From Leptolyngbyaceae cyanobacterium (lineage in GTDB: Bacteria; Cyanobacteriota; Cyanobacteriia; Phormidesmidales; Phormidesmidaceae): a stretch of 64,000 bases of DNA. Position numbers and translations under genes: made by a program. The notes beneath the pieces are model-generated. The model did no database searches, was not told the origin of the DNA, and was given only the letters and a program-made list of their open reading frames with translations. The stretch lies in NCBI GenBank assembly GCA_965263355.1, contig CBDHHL010000049.1:128001-192000 (forward strand). Direction: 5' to 3'. Positions 1 to 10,044 of the stretch are shown here, piece by piece (the stretch's first letter is position 1; every line of letters starts with the position of its first letter).

Positions 1-1286
1 CTGACCGTATGACTCACCGCTTCAGCCGGATGAACGCCATTTTGCAAATGCACCCGCACTTCATCTACGACCACAATGGCATTGTCAATTAATAATCCCA
101 GGGCAATAATCAATCCCGTCACCGACATTTGATGTAGGGGAATGCCCAACATCTTCATGCTGCCAAATACCATCATTGTAGAAAGCGGTAACGCCATACC
201 TACAATCAATGCCGACCGCCACCCTAGCACCACCAATGAGATACCGATAACTAAAACAGAACTCAATAAAAGATTGCCAATGACACCATTCAGACGCTGC
301 TGCACATATTGACTTTGATCGAGAACCACGCTGATGCCCAAGCCATCTGACAGATTGGCTCCAAAGTTCTCGATCACCTTTCTGGCCTGTTGGGCCCATT
401 GATCCACACGGTAGTCAGACTCCACTGTTGCGGCTACCACTATCGCTGGCTTTCCTTCCACCAGAGCCAGGTCAGATACCGGCGTTCGCACCCCCTTACG
501 CACCTGGGCAATATCTCCTAACTGGGCAATCTGACCCGCTCCACCCACTCGAATCGGAATTTCCCTGATTCGATCTAATGAATCTAGCGCACTATCTACT
601 TCCAGTAACAGTTCAGTGGACCCACTGCGCAACTCTCCTGTGGAAATTTTTGCATCACTGGCGGCGATCTGTTGCGACAGCTGTTGAGCACTGATTCCTA
701 ATCGCAACAAGTCCGCCTGACTAATCTCCACCTGAATTTCTTCGTCCGGCTCCCCAAACAGCTCCACACTGTCTGTCCCCGGTAAATTCCGCAGATCTGT
801 CTCTAGCCCTTCTATCACTCGCCGTAAAATAGTATAGTTAACCGGCTCATCCAGCTCCCAGGTCAATCCCACAATCATGGCACTGGCCTTAACTTTGATA
901 TCCTCATACTCTGGGCGACTAGCACCAACAGGCAGCTGTGGAATCACATCATCAATCTGACTACGCACCTTTGCCCACACGGGGTCAATATTAGTAACGG
1001 TCTCTTTGATTTCTACCGTCACGGATGACACCCCCGGACTGGAAAACGAGATAATCTCCTCTACTTCCTCAATGCTGGACAGCTCTTCCTCCAGTCTGTC
1101 AGTTACCAGGGACTCAATCCGTTCAGCACTGGCCCCCGGAAAAATTGTAGTAATGGTTGAGAACCGCTGTGCAATCTCAGGATCCTCCAGCCGCGGCAAC
1201 GTAAAAAATGAGGATACCCCCCAGACAACAACCAGTGTCAGTGTCAAAAATAAAAGCTGTCGATTCCGAAAGAAAAGATTGAACAT
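1..1286 (-). CDS. RND efflux permease (AcrB/MdtB-like), 3'-truncated by window edge
   Basis: Not in the ORF track. ATG at 1286 reads MFNLFFRNRQLLFLTLTLVVVWGVSSFFTLPRLEDPEIAQR..., homologous to the N-terminus of the 19804 RND permease (MWTLFYRNSRLL...PRMEDP). Lies directly downstream of an RND adaptor. Confidence 0.9.
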   Translation of the reverse strand, partial: MFNLFFRNRQLLFLTLTLVVVWGVSSFFTLPRLEDPEIAQRFSTITTIFPGASAERIESLVTDRLEEELSSIEEVEEIISFSSPGVSSVTVEIKETVTNIDPVWAKVRSQIDDVIPQLPVGASRPEYEDIKVKASAMIVGLTWELDEPVNYTILRRVIEGLETDLRNLPGTDSVELFGEPDEEIQVEISQADLLRLGISAQQLSQQIAASDAKISTGELRSGSTELLLEVDSALDSLDRIREIPIRVGGAGQIAQLGDIAQVRKGVRTPVSDLALVEGKPAIVVAATVESDYRVDQWAQQARKVIENFGANLSDGLGISVVLDQSQYVQQRLNGVIGNLLLSSVLVIGISLVVLGWRSALIVGMALPLSTMMVFGSMKMLGIPLHQMSVTGLIIALGLLIDNAIVVVDEVRVHLQNGVHPAEAVSHTV

Positions 1287-1341
1287 AGTCTGAGATGGGT
1301 AACGGAGGGGGGAGGTGGTGTGGACAATTGTCCGAGTATTT

Positions 1342-2622
1342 CTAATTTTGAACAAGCTGTCCTGGCACAAGCCGATGGGTGCCACTTGTGATCACCTTCT
1401 CCTCTGGCTGTAATAGTCCCCTGACAAACGCTCTATCACCTTCGGTGTAAAGCACCTCTACTTCTCGACGGCTCACTTCATAGAGATTTTCAGCTGACTT
1501 ACCGATGGGGGCGTTTAACACATAGGCTGACCATAGTCCCCTTTCACCCGCAACCAGAGCACTGGTGGGGAGCCAGTAGCCAATTTCTTCCTGTTGATCC
1601 TGCAATGTTAGTCGGGCCGTAGCTCCAATGGTGGGCTGAGCTTCCGGTGGTAATGTCATCACCACGGTCACCGTTTGGCTGTCATCATCCAGTTCTGGCA
1701 GCAGGGATGTCACGTTTCCCCTAAACGATTGCCCATTCACGTCAATCGACTGCGGACTACCCAGGGTAATCCGACTGGCCATGGAACTCGGCACACCGAT
1801 ACGCGCCTCCAGAGCATCTCCTTCTACCAGGCGCATAACGGGTTGCCCTGGACTGACCACTACTCCCTCATCCACCAGTCGCAGTGACACTCGCCCATCA
1901 AAAGGAGCGTAAATAATGCTTTTTGCTATCGACACATCCAGATTTTTTAGACTGGCGTCGATTTGATCAATCTGAGCATCCTGGGCACTTACTTGTTCAA
2001 TACGGGTCCCAGCATTAAGTTCGTTTAACTGACTCTGGGCCTGATTTAGACGCGCCTCTAGGGCATCGGCATTAAATACAGCTGAATCTTTCTCCTCTAG
2101 GGAAATGGCACCTTGGGTATAGAGATTTTCGCGCCGTTCCTGCTGTAGACGGGCCAACGCAAGCTGGGCTTTCAAGTCTTGAACGGCAGCAGCGGCAGCA
2201 GCAATATCTTCCTGGCGTGGCCCCCGCTGTAATTCCTGAAAAATTGCCTGGGCCTGACGCTGTTGGGCCTCAAACTGCTGTCGCTGGGCTTGCAAACTGC
2301 GAGTATCTAACTGAGCAAGGGGGGTGCCCGCTACCACCCGATCTCCTTCATCCACAAACACATCCACCAAGGTACCCGCTTGTTCAAAGCCCAGATCACT
2401 ACTGCGACGAGCAACAATTTCTCCGGTAAAGGTGCGCTTTACTTGATAGTCAGTAACTTGCTCTAGGACCTGGGTTTGGACGGATAATGACGCCACCACA
2501 TCCTCAGTTACCGCCGAATTAGATCGAATTCGCCACACCCAAAAGGCAGGTGCTGCCAGCAACAGTAGCAATAACAGCCATCGCCAGTTAATGCTTCGAA
2601 CACCGTTAGTGTTATTAGACAT
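1342..2622 (-). CDS. RND efflux periplasmic adaptor (membrane fusion protein)
   Basis: N-terminal TM helix, VDEGDRVVAGTPLAQLD lipoyl half-motif, coiled coil, IYAPFDGRV. ATG at 2622 preferred to the track start at 2634. Confidence 0.92.
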   Translation of the reverse strand: MSNNTNGVRSINWRWLLLLLLLAAPAFWVWRIRSNSAVTEDVVASLSVQTQVLEQVTDYQVKRTFTGEIVARRSSDLGFEQAGTLVDVFVDEGDRVVAGTPLAQLDTRSLQAQRQQFEAQQRQAQAIFQELQRGPRQEDIAAAAAAVQDLKAQLALARLQQERRENLYTQGAISLEEKDSAVFNADALEARLNQAQSQLNELNAGTRIEQVSAQDAQIDQIDASLKNLDVSIAKSIIYAPFDGRVSLRLVDEGVVVSPGQPVMRLVEGDALEARIGVPSSMASRITLGSPQSIDVNGQSFRGNVTSLLPELDDDSQTVTVVMTLPPEAQPTIGATARLTLQDQQEEIGYWLPTSALVAGERGLWSAYVLNAPIGKSAENLYEVSRREVEVLYTEGDRAFVRGLLQPEEKVITSGTHRLVPGQLVQN

Positions 2623-2685
2623 TGATGAAACCATTGGCTACTATACAAATAGTTTATATTCAACATATTGGGCAACTTTCCCTTA

Positions 2686-2850
2686 TGGGGAATCCTCTAG
2701 AGAATTTCCAGGCTAAAGAAGCCTACTTTGGTGAGGCTAACGCTTCCATAGAACAACAGTTTAAATACCTCACCATGAAACGGATAATTGCCTATGAAGA
2801 GAGCTGGTTAAAGTGGTGTTCGAATGTACTTGCATTTTTGGATAAGCATC
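2686..2850 (+). pseudogene. C-terminal remnant of a PadR-family transcriptional regulator
   Basis: LENFQAKEAYF...YLTMKRIIAYEESWLKWCSNVLAFL resembles the PadR/AphA C-terminal helices. No N-terminal winged helix is present. Boundaries approximate. Confidence 0.55.
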
Positions 2851-2905
2851 CAGCGTCTGATGACACTTCTCATAACCTTGCTCAATGGATGCAAAAAGCT
2901 CACTC

Positions 2906-3307
2906 TCAATATCGATACCATCTAAAGCTTTTTCCCATCAGACCCATAGCATCAATCGACGCTCTTAAATTCAGGGTATCTTTATTGTCAAGGAACCACA
3001 CTTTTAGATGATAGGTTTTCCCGTCTTCAGGGCTATAAAGCTGGCCACATTGCCATTCCTTCTTTTTCTCATTAAATTGCAATCCAGTAATAAAATCCAA
3101 ACCAGCGATGGGCCGTTGCTTAAGGTTGTTATCTGGATTCAGCGCATCTAATACCGGACCATCAGGATTGGTTTCATCTTCAATGACCCAGGTTATTTTT
3201 CCAGTAAAACAACTGGAATCAGTATTTTCATAAATCCGTATTTTTACTTCTTTATTTTCACTAATCCAGTTGCCTGAAAGATCGCTTTTTGCTATCATTC
3301 TCTTCAT
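2906..3307 (-). CDS. DUF2147-like small beta protein
   Basis: GNW...IRIY...GKITW...DALNPD...RPIAGLDF...GQLYSPEDGKTY pattern. Confidence 0.75.
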   Translation of the reverse strand: MKRMIAKSDLSGNWISENKEVKIRIYENTDSSCFTGKITWVIEDETNPDGPVLDALNPDNNLKQRPIAGLDFITGLQFNEKKKEWQCGQLYSPEDGKTYHLKVWFLDNKDTLNLRASIDAMGLMGKSFRWYRY

Positions 3308-3386
3308 TTTTAATCTTTGTAGATTACATTTGAAAGGCTTATTGATAACAATTGCCCACTTTATGAGTTATGTCGGAATACTTTAA

Positions 3387-3495
3387 CTAGTACCGAAAAT
3401 AATAAACAATGCAACATAACAAAATCTGAAAACCTTTCCAGGATAAAGGCTTTTAATTTCAGCTGTGTTTCACTGTTTTATAATCACTGTACTAG
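3387..3495. repeat. ~109 bp imperfect palindrome, possible MITE
   Basis: Ends CTAGTAC...GTACTAG with further imperfect arm complementarity (ataaacaatgcaaca vs tgtttcactgtttta). Confidence 0.4.
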
Positions 3496-3877
3496 CATAC
3501 CTTTAGATTAAACTTAAGACCTTTTCAGATAGAGAAAAACCGTATGTGTCTAACTAAATACCACATAATCTAACCTAATCTTATTTACCTAAATTTAGGC
3601 CAAATAACGGGCACGATGCTCAAGCCCGAATCGCTGACCGTATTGCCAAAATAGGAAAGGTGATGGACGCTTGAAAAAAAAACATCATTTTCAAGGTGCA
3701 TCACAATGGATACCTTACAGTCTACCTCCCGTCTTGCCGTCCGCCAACGAGTTAGACCGTCACTATTCGGCAGGGCATAGCCAGGTGTTGTTGGACCCTC
3801 TACAGATAAGAAAAAAGGGATAGGATAATAGGCCTATGGTTAACCTAAGCCAGGGAGTCGCCTCCCCGACTCGGCTT

Positions 3878-6296
3878 GTCGGGTAAGGGAGAATAAGTCG
3901 CCTTATCACCCTCCCCTCAGAACCGGACGTGGCACTTACATGCCATCCGGCTCAAGCCTTCTGCGATTCAGATGGTTATGTCCCATGTGTAGGTGCTGAT
4001 GACAAACTTTGTGGAGGTGGAGCAGGTTTTCAACTTTGTCCGTCCCTCCATCTGCCACGTTGAGAATATGGTGGGTATGCAGTTGCTCTCCGTTGAACAG
4101 GTGTTCTTTACATACCGGACATTGCCAATTTTGGTTCTCAGCCACTTGGTAGTGTTTCGAGCCTTTGGCCCAGTAAGTTTTACCTTGCCGAGTTTGACGC
4201 TGTTGCCAGTATGTTTTGAGCTTAGGGTCATCTGGTGAAGCCTTGCCAATCACTTTGACATGGCGTTCGATGGGGATGGTTGCCAATTGAGTCAGAGAGT
4301 AGTTGATGACTCGACCGTCTCGGCTTATGGCCGGAGCAGTAAAGTACCATTTCTTTCCCCGAATCGTTTTGAAGTATTGGTTCACAACCCATCGTTTCCC
4401 TTTTCTGGGATGCCTTCTCCTGCACCATTTGAAGATGGCCTGCCAGATGTAATGGTCGAGGGAAGAGAAGACCCTGGCACTATTGACATGCCTGTAGTAA
4501 TTGGCCCATCCTCTGAGAATTGGATTGAGGTGTTCGATGACAACCTCTGGCTTATGCGAGGGATTGGCTCTGAGCCAGTCTCTGATTCGCTGGAGGAAGT
4601 CGTTCACCTTCTGTTTCGCCGGGGTGATCAGGCATTTGCCCTTGAATTGTCTGACATTAAATCCGAGGAAGTCGAAGCCCTGTTCGATATGAACAATTTT
4701 CGTCTTTTCTAGGTTGAATGTCAGTCCCCTTTGCTTTAGCCAGTCCTCTAGGATCGGTTTGATAGCTTCAATGTCTTCCTTAGAAGGCGCGGTCACGATG
4801 ATGTCATCCGCATAGCGGATAAATCCATACTTATTGCTCCGTACGCGTTTGGTTTGATATCTCCCTGTTTTCTGGTTGAAATTGTGATATTCCTTTACCT
4901 TTTTGAATTGAGATAAAAGTTCTTCTATTCCATCCAGTGCGATATTCGCTAGTACAGGTGAGATAATTCCACCCTGCGCAGTTCCGCTTTCTGTCGGATG
5001 AAACACTTCTGCTTCAATATACCCTGCTTTCAGCCATTGTTTGATTAGTTCTCTGCCAGGGATTAGTCCGATAGCGTTGAGGATATAATCGTGGCTGATA
5101 TTGTCAAATGCGCCTTTTATATCGGCATCTAAAGCCCAAGTATCGACTCCTTTTCTCAGTCGATGATGACATTGTTTTATGGCATCTTGACAACTGCGAC
5201 CAGGGCGAAAACCGTAGCTATGAGCCTCAAATCGAGCTTCCCAGCTGGGTTCGAGCGCATTTTTCACAATTGCTTGTGCGATTCGATTTTTGATTGTAGG
5301 AATGCTTAATGGACGACGTTTCTTGCCGTTATCCTTGGGGATATAGACCCTTCGAGCAGGGTGAACTTTCCATAAGCAGTAAGCCTGCATCTCATTAACC
5401 AGATTGACCCTTGCCTGAGGGGTCAGGGCTACCTGGCCATCAATGCCAGCTGTCTTTTTCCCTCGATTTTGCTGGGTCACTCGTCGCACTGCTAGCAGTA
5501 AGTTAGAGTAACTGCGAAGCATCAGTTTCATCAGGCTTCTCACCCGATTCCATTGATGTTCCTGAGTCGCACGATAAATCCGCAGTCTTAGATTTCGTAC
5601 CTTCTTCTTGACGCGTTTCCAATTGATGGAAGCCCATTCTTGAAGACGGCCCACCGCTCCGATGTCTGAGTTGACTCTATCTTTCACGTTGGCTCGATTT
5701 CTTTACGTTAGTTTATCGTTGAAGACCTGTTGAAAGTCAGCTACCTTTTCGGTATCGGGTAAAGTTTGAGCCCGTATCTCCCGCATTACCAGGAGCGTTC
5801 GCTTTTTCCAACCTCCCTTACCCTCTAGGTAATTGTGTCGTCCTTGCGGTTGACCTACTCTGGTTATCGACCTTTGCCAGAGAACCTATAGGGCTTACCG
5901 TGTTCCGTGCGTTTGACCTACGACTGAATTAGGTTCCATCTATACCCCGGTGGGACTGTTGTCCTTTCGCTTTGAGCGTTCTGAAACTCATCGCCTACCC
6001 ACTTACCATTTTGGTTAAGGTGTGTCAGCCTGATTTCACCTTTCACGCATCACGAGGCTTAGGATGATTCACTTGCGTTAACCCGTTTCAGTCTTCCCTT
6101 TGCTCTCCATATCAACTTGGGCTGTCAATATCGTGAGCTTTCGTGCTTTGCTTCCCGCCAGTTTCATTACTTACTCCTGGCGTAAGCAGAGTCGGTGACT
6201 CTTTTACGTAGGGACAGAGAGAAAGGCTCCTCTGGGGAAGTCGGCTTCCCAATCAAATGCGCCACTGGCGCTGAACGCACGACTTTCACGTCGCAC
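3878..6296 (-). mobile_element. Group II intron (inner member of twintron), apparently intact
   Basis: 5' end GTGCGACGTGAAAG at 6296. Domain V GAGCCGGATGGCATGTAAGTGCCACGTCCGGTTCTG near 3953-3918. 3' end ...CCTTACCCGAC at 3878. Full-length IEP inside. Confidence 0.92.
3936..5687 (-). CDS. ltrA: Group II intron reverse transcriptase/maturase with HNH endonuclease
   Basis: GKKTAGIDG, SYGFRPGRS, DADIKGAFDNI, QGGIISP, RYADD, FDFLGF, domain X (LNPILRGWANYY), C-terminal CPVC...HTHH...NLLHLHKVCHQH. Confidence 0.97.
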   Translation of the reverse strand: MKDRVNSDIGAVGRLQEWASINWKRVKKKVRNLRLRIYRATQEHQWNRVRSLMKLMLRSYSNLLLAVRRVTQQNRGKKTAGIDGQVALTPQARVNLVNEMQAYCLWKVHPARRVYIPKDNGKKRRPLSIPTIKNRIAQAIVKNALEPSWEARFEAHSYGFRPGRSCQDAIKQCHHRLRKGVDTWALDADIKGAFDNISHDYILNAIGLIPGRELIKQWLKAGYIEAEVFHPTESGTAQGGIISPVLANIALDGIEELLSQFKKVKEYHNFNQKTGRYQTKRVRSNKYGFIRYADDIIVTAPSKEDIEAIKPILEDWLKQRGLTFNLEKTKIVHIEQGFDFLGFNVRQFKGKCLITPAKQKVNDFLQRIRDWLRANPSHKPEVVIEHLNPILRGWANYYRHVNSARVFSSLDHYIWQAIFKWCRRRHPRKGKRWVVNQYFKTIRGKKWYFTAPAISRDGRVINYSLTQLATIPIERHVKVIGKASPDDPKLKTYWQQRQTRQGKTYWAKGSKHYQVAENQNWQCPVCKEHLFNGEQLHTHHILNVADGGTDKVENLLHLHKVCHQHLHMGHNHLNRRRLEPDGM

Positions 6297-6365
6297 CAGA
6301 ACCGTACGTGAGACTTTCGACCTCATACGGCTCCTCTCTAACCGGGCTCTTGTCATAAGTACCAG

Positions 6366-7196
6366 TCATCGACGGAGTGTTTGCTGAGTGTACCTGGTCA
6401 TGGCAGTGACGATGCAGCAACGCCAGGTTTTGACATCGGTGCCTAAGCGTTTGATATGACGTTCGAGTCCTTGGAGCGCAATCAGCGCGAGGAGGGGTGA
6501 GACGACTCCCCCCTGCGGACTTCCTCGTTCAGTGCGATGAAAGCCATTGTCGAGAACACCACATTTGAGCCAGCCTTTGATAAGCCTTTTCATCCAGGTT
6601 GGCGTTCGACTTTTCTTCAAGATGGCGTCATGGGAGATGTTATCAAAGCAGCCTCGAATATCAACGCTCAGCACGTATTTTGGCTGGCGGAAGATTGTTC
6701 GATAAACAGCTTCAATCGTATCTTGACAAGACCGTCCTGGTCGAAACCCATACATATTGGGGTCTAGCTTAGCTTCCCATTGGGGTTCTAGCGCTAGTTT
6801 GATGAGAGCCTGAGTGGCTCTATCCCGCATGACCGGAATCGAAAGCGGACGCTTTTCTGTTTTCCCTGGCTTGGGAATCCAGATACGGCGCAGGGGGCGG
6901 GGATTAGAGAAGTCTCCTAAGGTTTGAGCCATCTCTAACCGCTGGGGTGGCGGCAAATTCTTGATGCCATCGATACCAGCGGTACGCCTCCCTTTGTTAT
7001 CCTGGGTCACTCGCCTGACGGCCAGTAACCTCGCATACCAGGACTTTGCTAACAGACGTTGCAGTTTGTGAACCAACTTCACTTGACGACGACGACTGGC
7101 TTTGTAAATTCGACGTTGGAGCTTAAAGACCTTGACCTGGATTCGTTTCCAGGGCAGTGTCTCCCATCTATACCTCGTCTGAAGTGACGGGCTCAT
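6366..7196 (-). pseudogene. Truncated group II intron RT (internal deletion from before YADD to the end of HNH)
   Basis: RT0-4 present up to PQGGVVSPLL, no YADD. At ~6430 the sequence joins out of frame to NLALLHRHCHDQVH, the HNH C-terminus. Confidence 0.88.
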
Positions 7197-7877
7197 AACG
7201 TGTGCACTCTACTAAACGGCTTTACATCCCAGTTACAGTGTGTACGTCAGCGTATCTTGGGCATTACCCCAAGCGTTGGCTTCTTACACAATCCCAATCC
7301 TTCATCTCATTTGGTTAGCACCTACTCTCGGTATCGACCTGAGCCGAGAGAGACATGAAGGGTTCCTACGTTCCGATATCCGATAATCGCTATACTTAGG
7401 GCTCCACTCTAGACCGGGTTTATTGAGGGTAGTTCTTGGTCACCGGGGTCATGCCAAGCTCATATCCTTAGCCTTTTGGCCGTGGTGTATCAGCCTGATT
7501 TCACCACTTCACGATAACGATCCGTTAACATGGATTCCTTGCGTACCCGTATATAGCTTGCTAGACGGGATTCCAGCTTAGGCTGCCAGTTACCGCCGTT
7601 TATTCCCGCTTCAGGCGTTGATGGCTAGTCGCGAACCTGGGGAATAGGCTGCCACTCCACTACCGGGAGGGAGGGACTTTCATCCTCATCGAGATATCAG
7701 TTATCAAGGTTCTATCCTTGTCTCCCATCCCCCAGACTGAGCTGGTTTCGGAAGAACGCATCACACGCCCCGACTCGTGCGAAACTGGGCCACAAGGCTA
7801 AAATCCTTACCTAGAAAAGGTTACAGGGCTCAAAATCAAGCGGCCTCAGAAAAAGTACTAACTGACAGACATTCGGT

Positions 7878-8296
7878 TTATGAATCTGCCTGGTTTTCGA
7901 CATCAAGCCCCGTCATGAAGGGCAAGTCATAAAAGATAGGTGGAGGCTGCCGATTGACATCCAGATTGTATTGTTCCAACCGGATAACATGCTTGGTAAT
8001 GTAGGGATTTAACCCAGGGATTGCCTCTGGATCGATCTGATATCCCTCTTGTGTCAACTCATGGAGGATTCGACTCATCTCAAATACGTTGTAGAGAATC
8101 AAACAGTTGGCAACAAGATGATTATACTTGATGAGCTTCCGCTGTTCCTCACGATTGTTGGTTCTTAAAATTCCTTCACCCCCAAAGGCAAGCCATTGAA
8201 CAAAGGCATGAACGACTCGCTTTTGTTCGTGGCTCCTTGAATGGTAGAGCGCAGCTTGACGTCATGGATATACTGCATCAGAAAGCCCATTCTGAC
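7878..8296 (-). pseudogene. Tn3-family transposase C-terminal remnant
   Basis: VRMGFLMQYIHDVKLRSTIQGATNKSESF / (frameshift) FVQWLAFGGEGILRTNNREEQRKLIKYNHLVANCLILYN...NPYITKH. Cut at 8296 by the IS66 end. Confidence 0.8.
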
Positions 8297-9950
8297 GTAG
8301 CTGTCTATTTCTCCGTCAGGAGAGATGCTGAGAGGCAGTATAATAAAGAAGCCCCCAACCCCGATAATTTATTGGATTCAAGGTTAGCGTTAGATGCCTT
8401 CAGATGCTCTGACCCTACTCATCACTCAGCTCGGACTACGTCTCGAAGAACAAGGACGTCAGCTTCAGTGTCAGGCAGAGCAGCTCGAAGAGCAACGCAC
8501 TCAAATTAAGGAGCAAGCAGACCGGATAAAGGAGTTAGAGACTGAGAATAGTCGTTTGAAAGACCTTTTGAAGCAGCAAGGGGATTCCAAGGGGTCAAAA
8601 GCCCCGAAATTCAACGAGAACTATAGTGTCGATACGCATCAGGGTAATAAAAAAAGCAAACGATGACGTCAAGCGACAGGACGACGTTCTCATCAAAGCA
8701 AGTTATCGTTAATCGATGTTTACCAGGACGTGTATGAGCCAGGGGTGGATGCATCAGAGTGCATCGAACGGGGTCACCAGTATGTGTGGCGAATTATTGA
8801 TGGGAAGGCGACCTATGTGTGCTATCGGTTATTTGCTCGTCCGCAGACTCAGGAGTTACCAACCATTACCGGAGTTCGCAATCGCCTGAGTGAATACGGT
8901 ATCGAGATTATTGTGACAGTGGCGTTCTTGCACTATTGGGTGGGGATATCGTTGGATAATAGCTGTGGAGTGATTGGCTTCTTTACCGGATTAGTGTTGT
9001 CCAAGTCGCAAGCCAATTCCTTGCTTGAGCAATTGAGTCGTGACTGGCAAGCCCAATACGATACGATAGCGGAGTTACTGGCCCATCAATTGGTGCTCTA
9101 CATTGACGAGACCGGGTGGAAAGTGGGCAATGGGAGTTGTTACACTTGGGTGTTTTCAACGACAATGCATGTGTTGTTCCGATGTGGTGTAAGTCGGGGC
9201 AAAGCAGAAGCTCAGGCCGTGGTCGGAGAGCAGTTTTCTGGCATTGGGGTGAGTGATGATTATGGAGTGTACCAATCGTTATTCACCGAACACCAATTGT
9301 GTTGGGCACATCTACTGCGTAAAACAATTAAGTTGATGCTTCAGCATCCAGAGCAGACCGCATACAAGCCCTTTTTGGACAGTCTTTATCGAATTTATCA
9401 ACAGGCCGTTCGTTGGCAAAAGGACCAACGCTTAAGCTCAGGACGTGCCGACAAAGTTAAGCAGTTACAACACCGTATTCGCAAATTATGTTGTGAGGCA
9501 GGTACTCCCATTGACAAGGAGACGATGGACACTGATCAGCAGACTTTTATTCGGTTACAAAATGAATTGATCAATGGACTTGAGTCCTTATTTGTATTTG
9601 TGATTCATCCGGACGTGGAATCCACCAACAATCGTAGTGAACGGAATATCCGACGGGAGGCTGAAGTCAGAAAAGGGGGACGGACCAGTAAAACCCCACA
9701 AGGGGCAAAACGTCGAGGTATTATTATGACGGTATTAGCTACCTTGAATACTCGATTCGAGCACTTTACCCTCAACCTCCTGTTAACTGAAATTAACCGA
9801 TGGATAGAGGACGGACAATCTCTGTTTCAGTCTGAATTGGATAATATCTATCAGGCTCAGCCTCCACCCATTGCTTAATCTCTTAAACCAACGCTAATTA
9901 CCTTGGTCTCTCTGTAGAGGCAACAGTTAGTGGTTTAAATAGACACTTAC
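8297..9950 (+). mobile_element. IS66-family insertion sequence
   Basis: Terminal inverted repeats GTAGCTGTCTATTT (8297-8310) and AAATAGACACTTAC (9937-9950; reverse complement GTAAGTGTCTATTT, 12/14 match) flank a transposase. No target-site duplication. Confidence 0.85.
8394..9878 (+). pseudogene. IS66 transposase interrupted by an in-frame TGA at 8664-8666
   Basis: Coiled-coil N-terminal ORF (8394-8666) is in frame with 8730-9878, which has IDETGW, SDDYGVY, QLCWAHLLR and TNNRSERNIR motifs. Confidence 0.85.
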
Positions 9951-10044
9951 GTTTGATAGGGTGTTCCTGGGGAGATTTCACTTAGAGCAGCGAGGAGACT
10001 TTTTTGAGGCGTAAGGAATATAGCTGCATTGAAGCTAGAAAGGC

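Larger units (their letters stand above)
3839..7766 (-). mobile_element. Group II intron (outer member of twintron), IEP internally deleted
   Basis: 5' end GTGTGATGCG at 7766. Domain V GAGCCGTATGAGGTCGAAAGTCTCACGTACGGTTCTG ends at 6297. Domain VI and the 3' end (AAGCCGAGTCGGGGAGGCGACTCCCTGGCTTAGGTTAAC) resume at 3877-3839. Confidence 0.85.

Noticed and set aside
3936..7196. RTs as retron, DGR or defence-associated RTs
   Set aside because: Both sit inside recognisable group II intron RNA ends and have maturase/HNH features.
8394..9878. Two separate IS66 genes or a programmed frameshift
   Set aside because: Both ORFs are in the same frame separated by one TGA (likely CGA to TGA), so a nonsense mutation is the simpler explanation.
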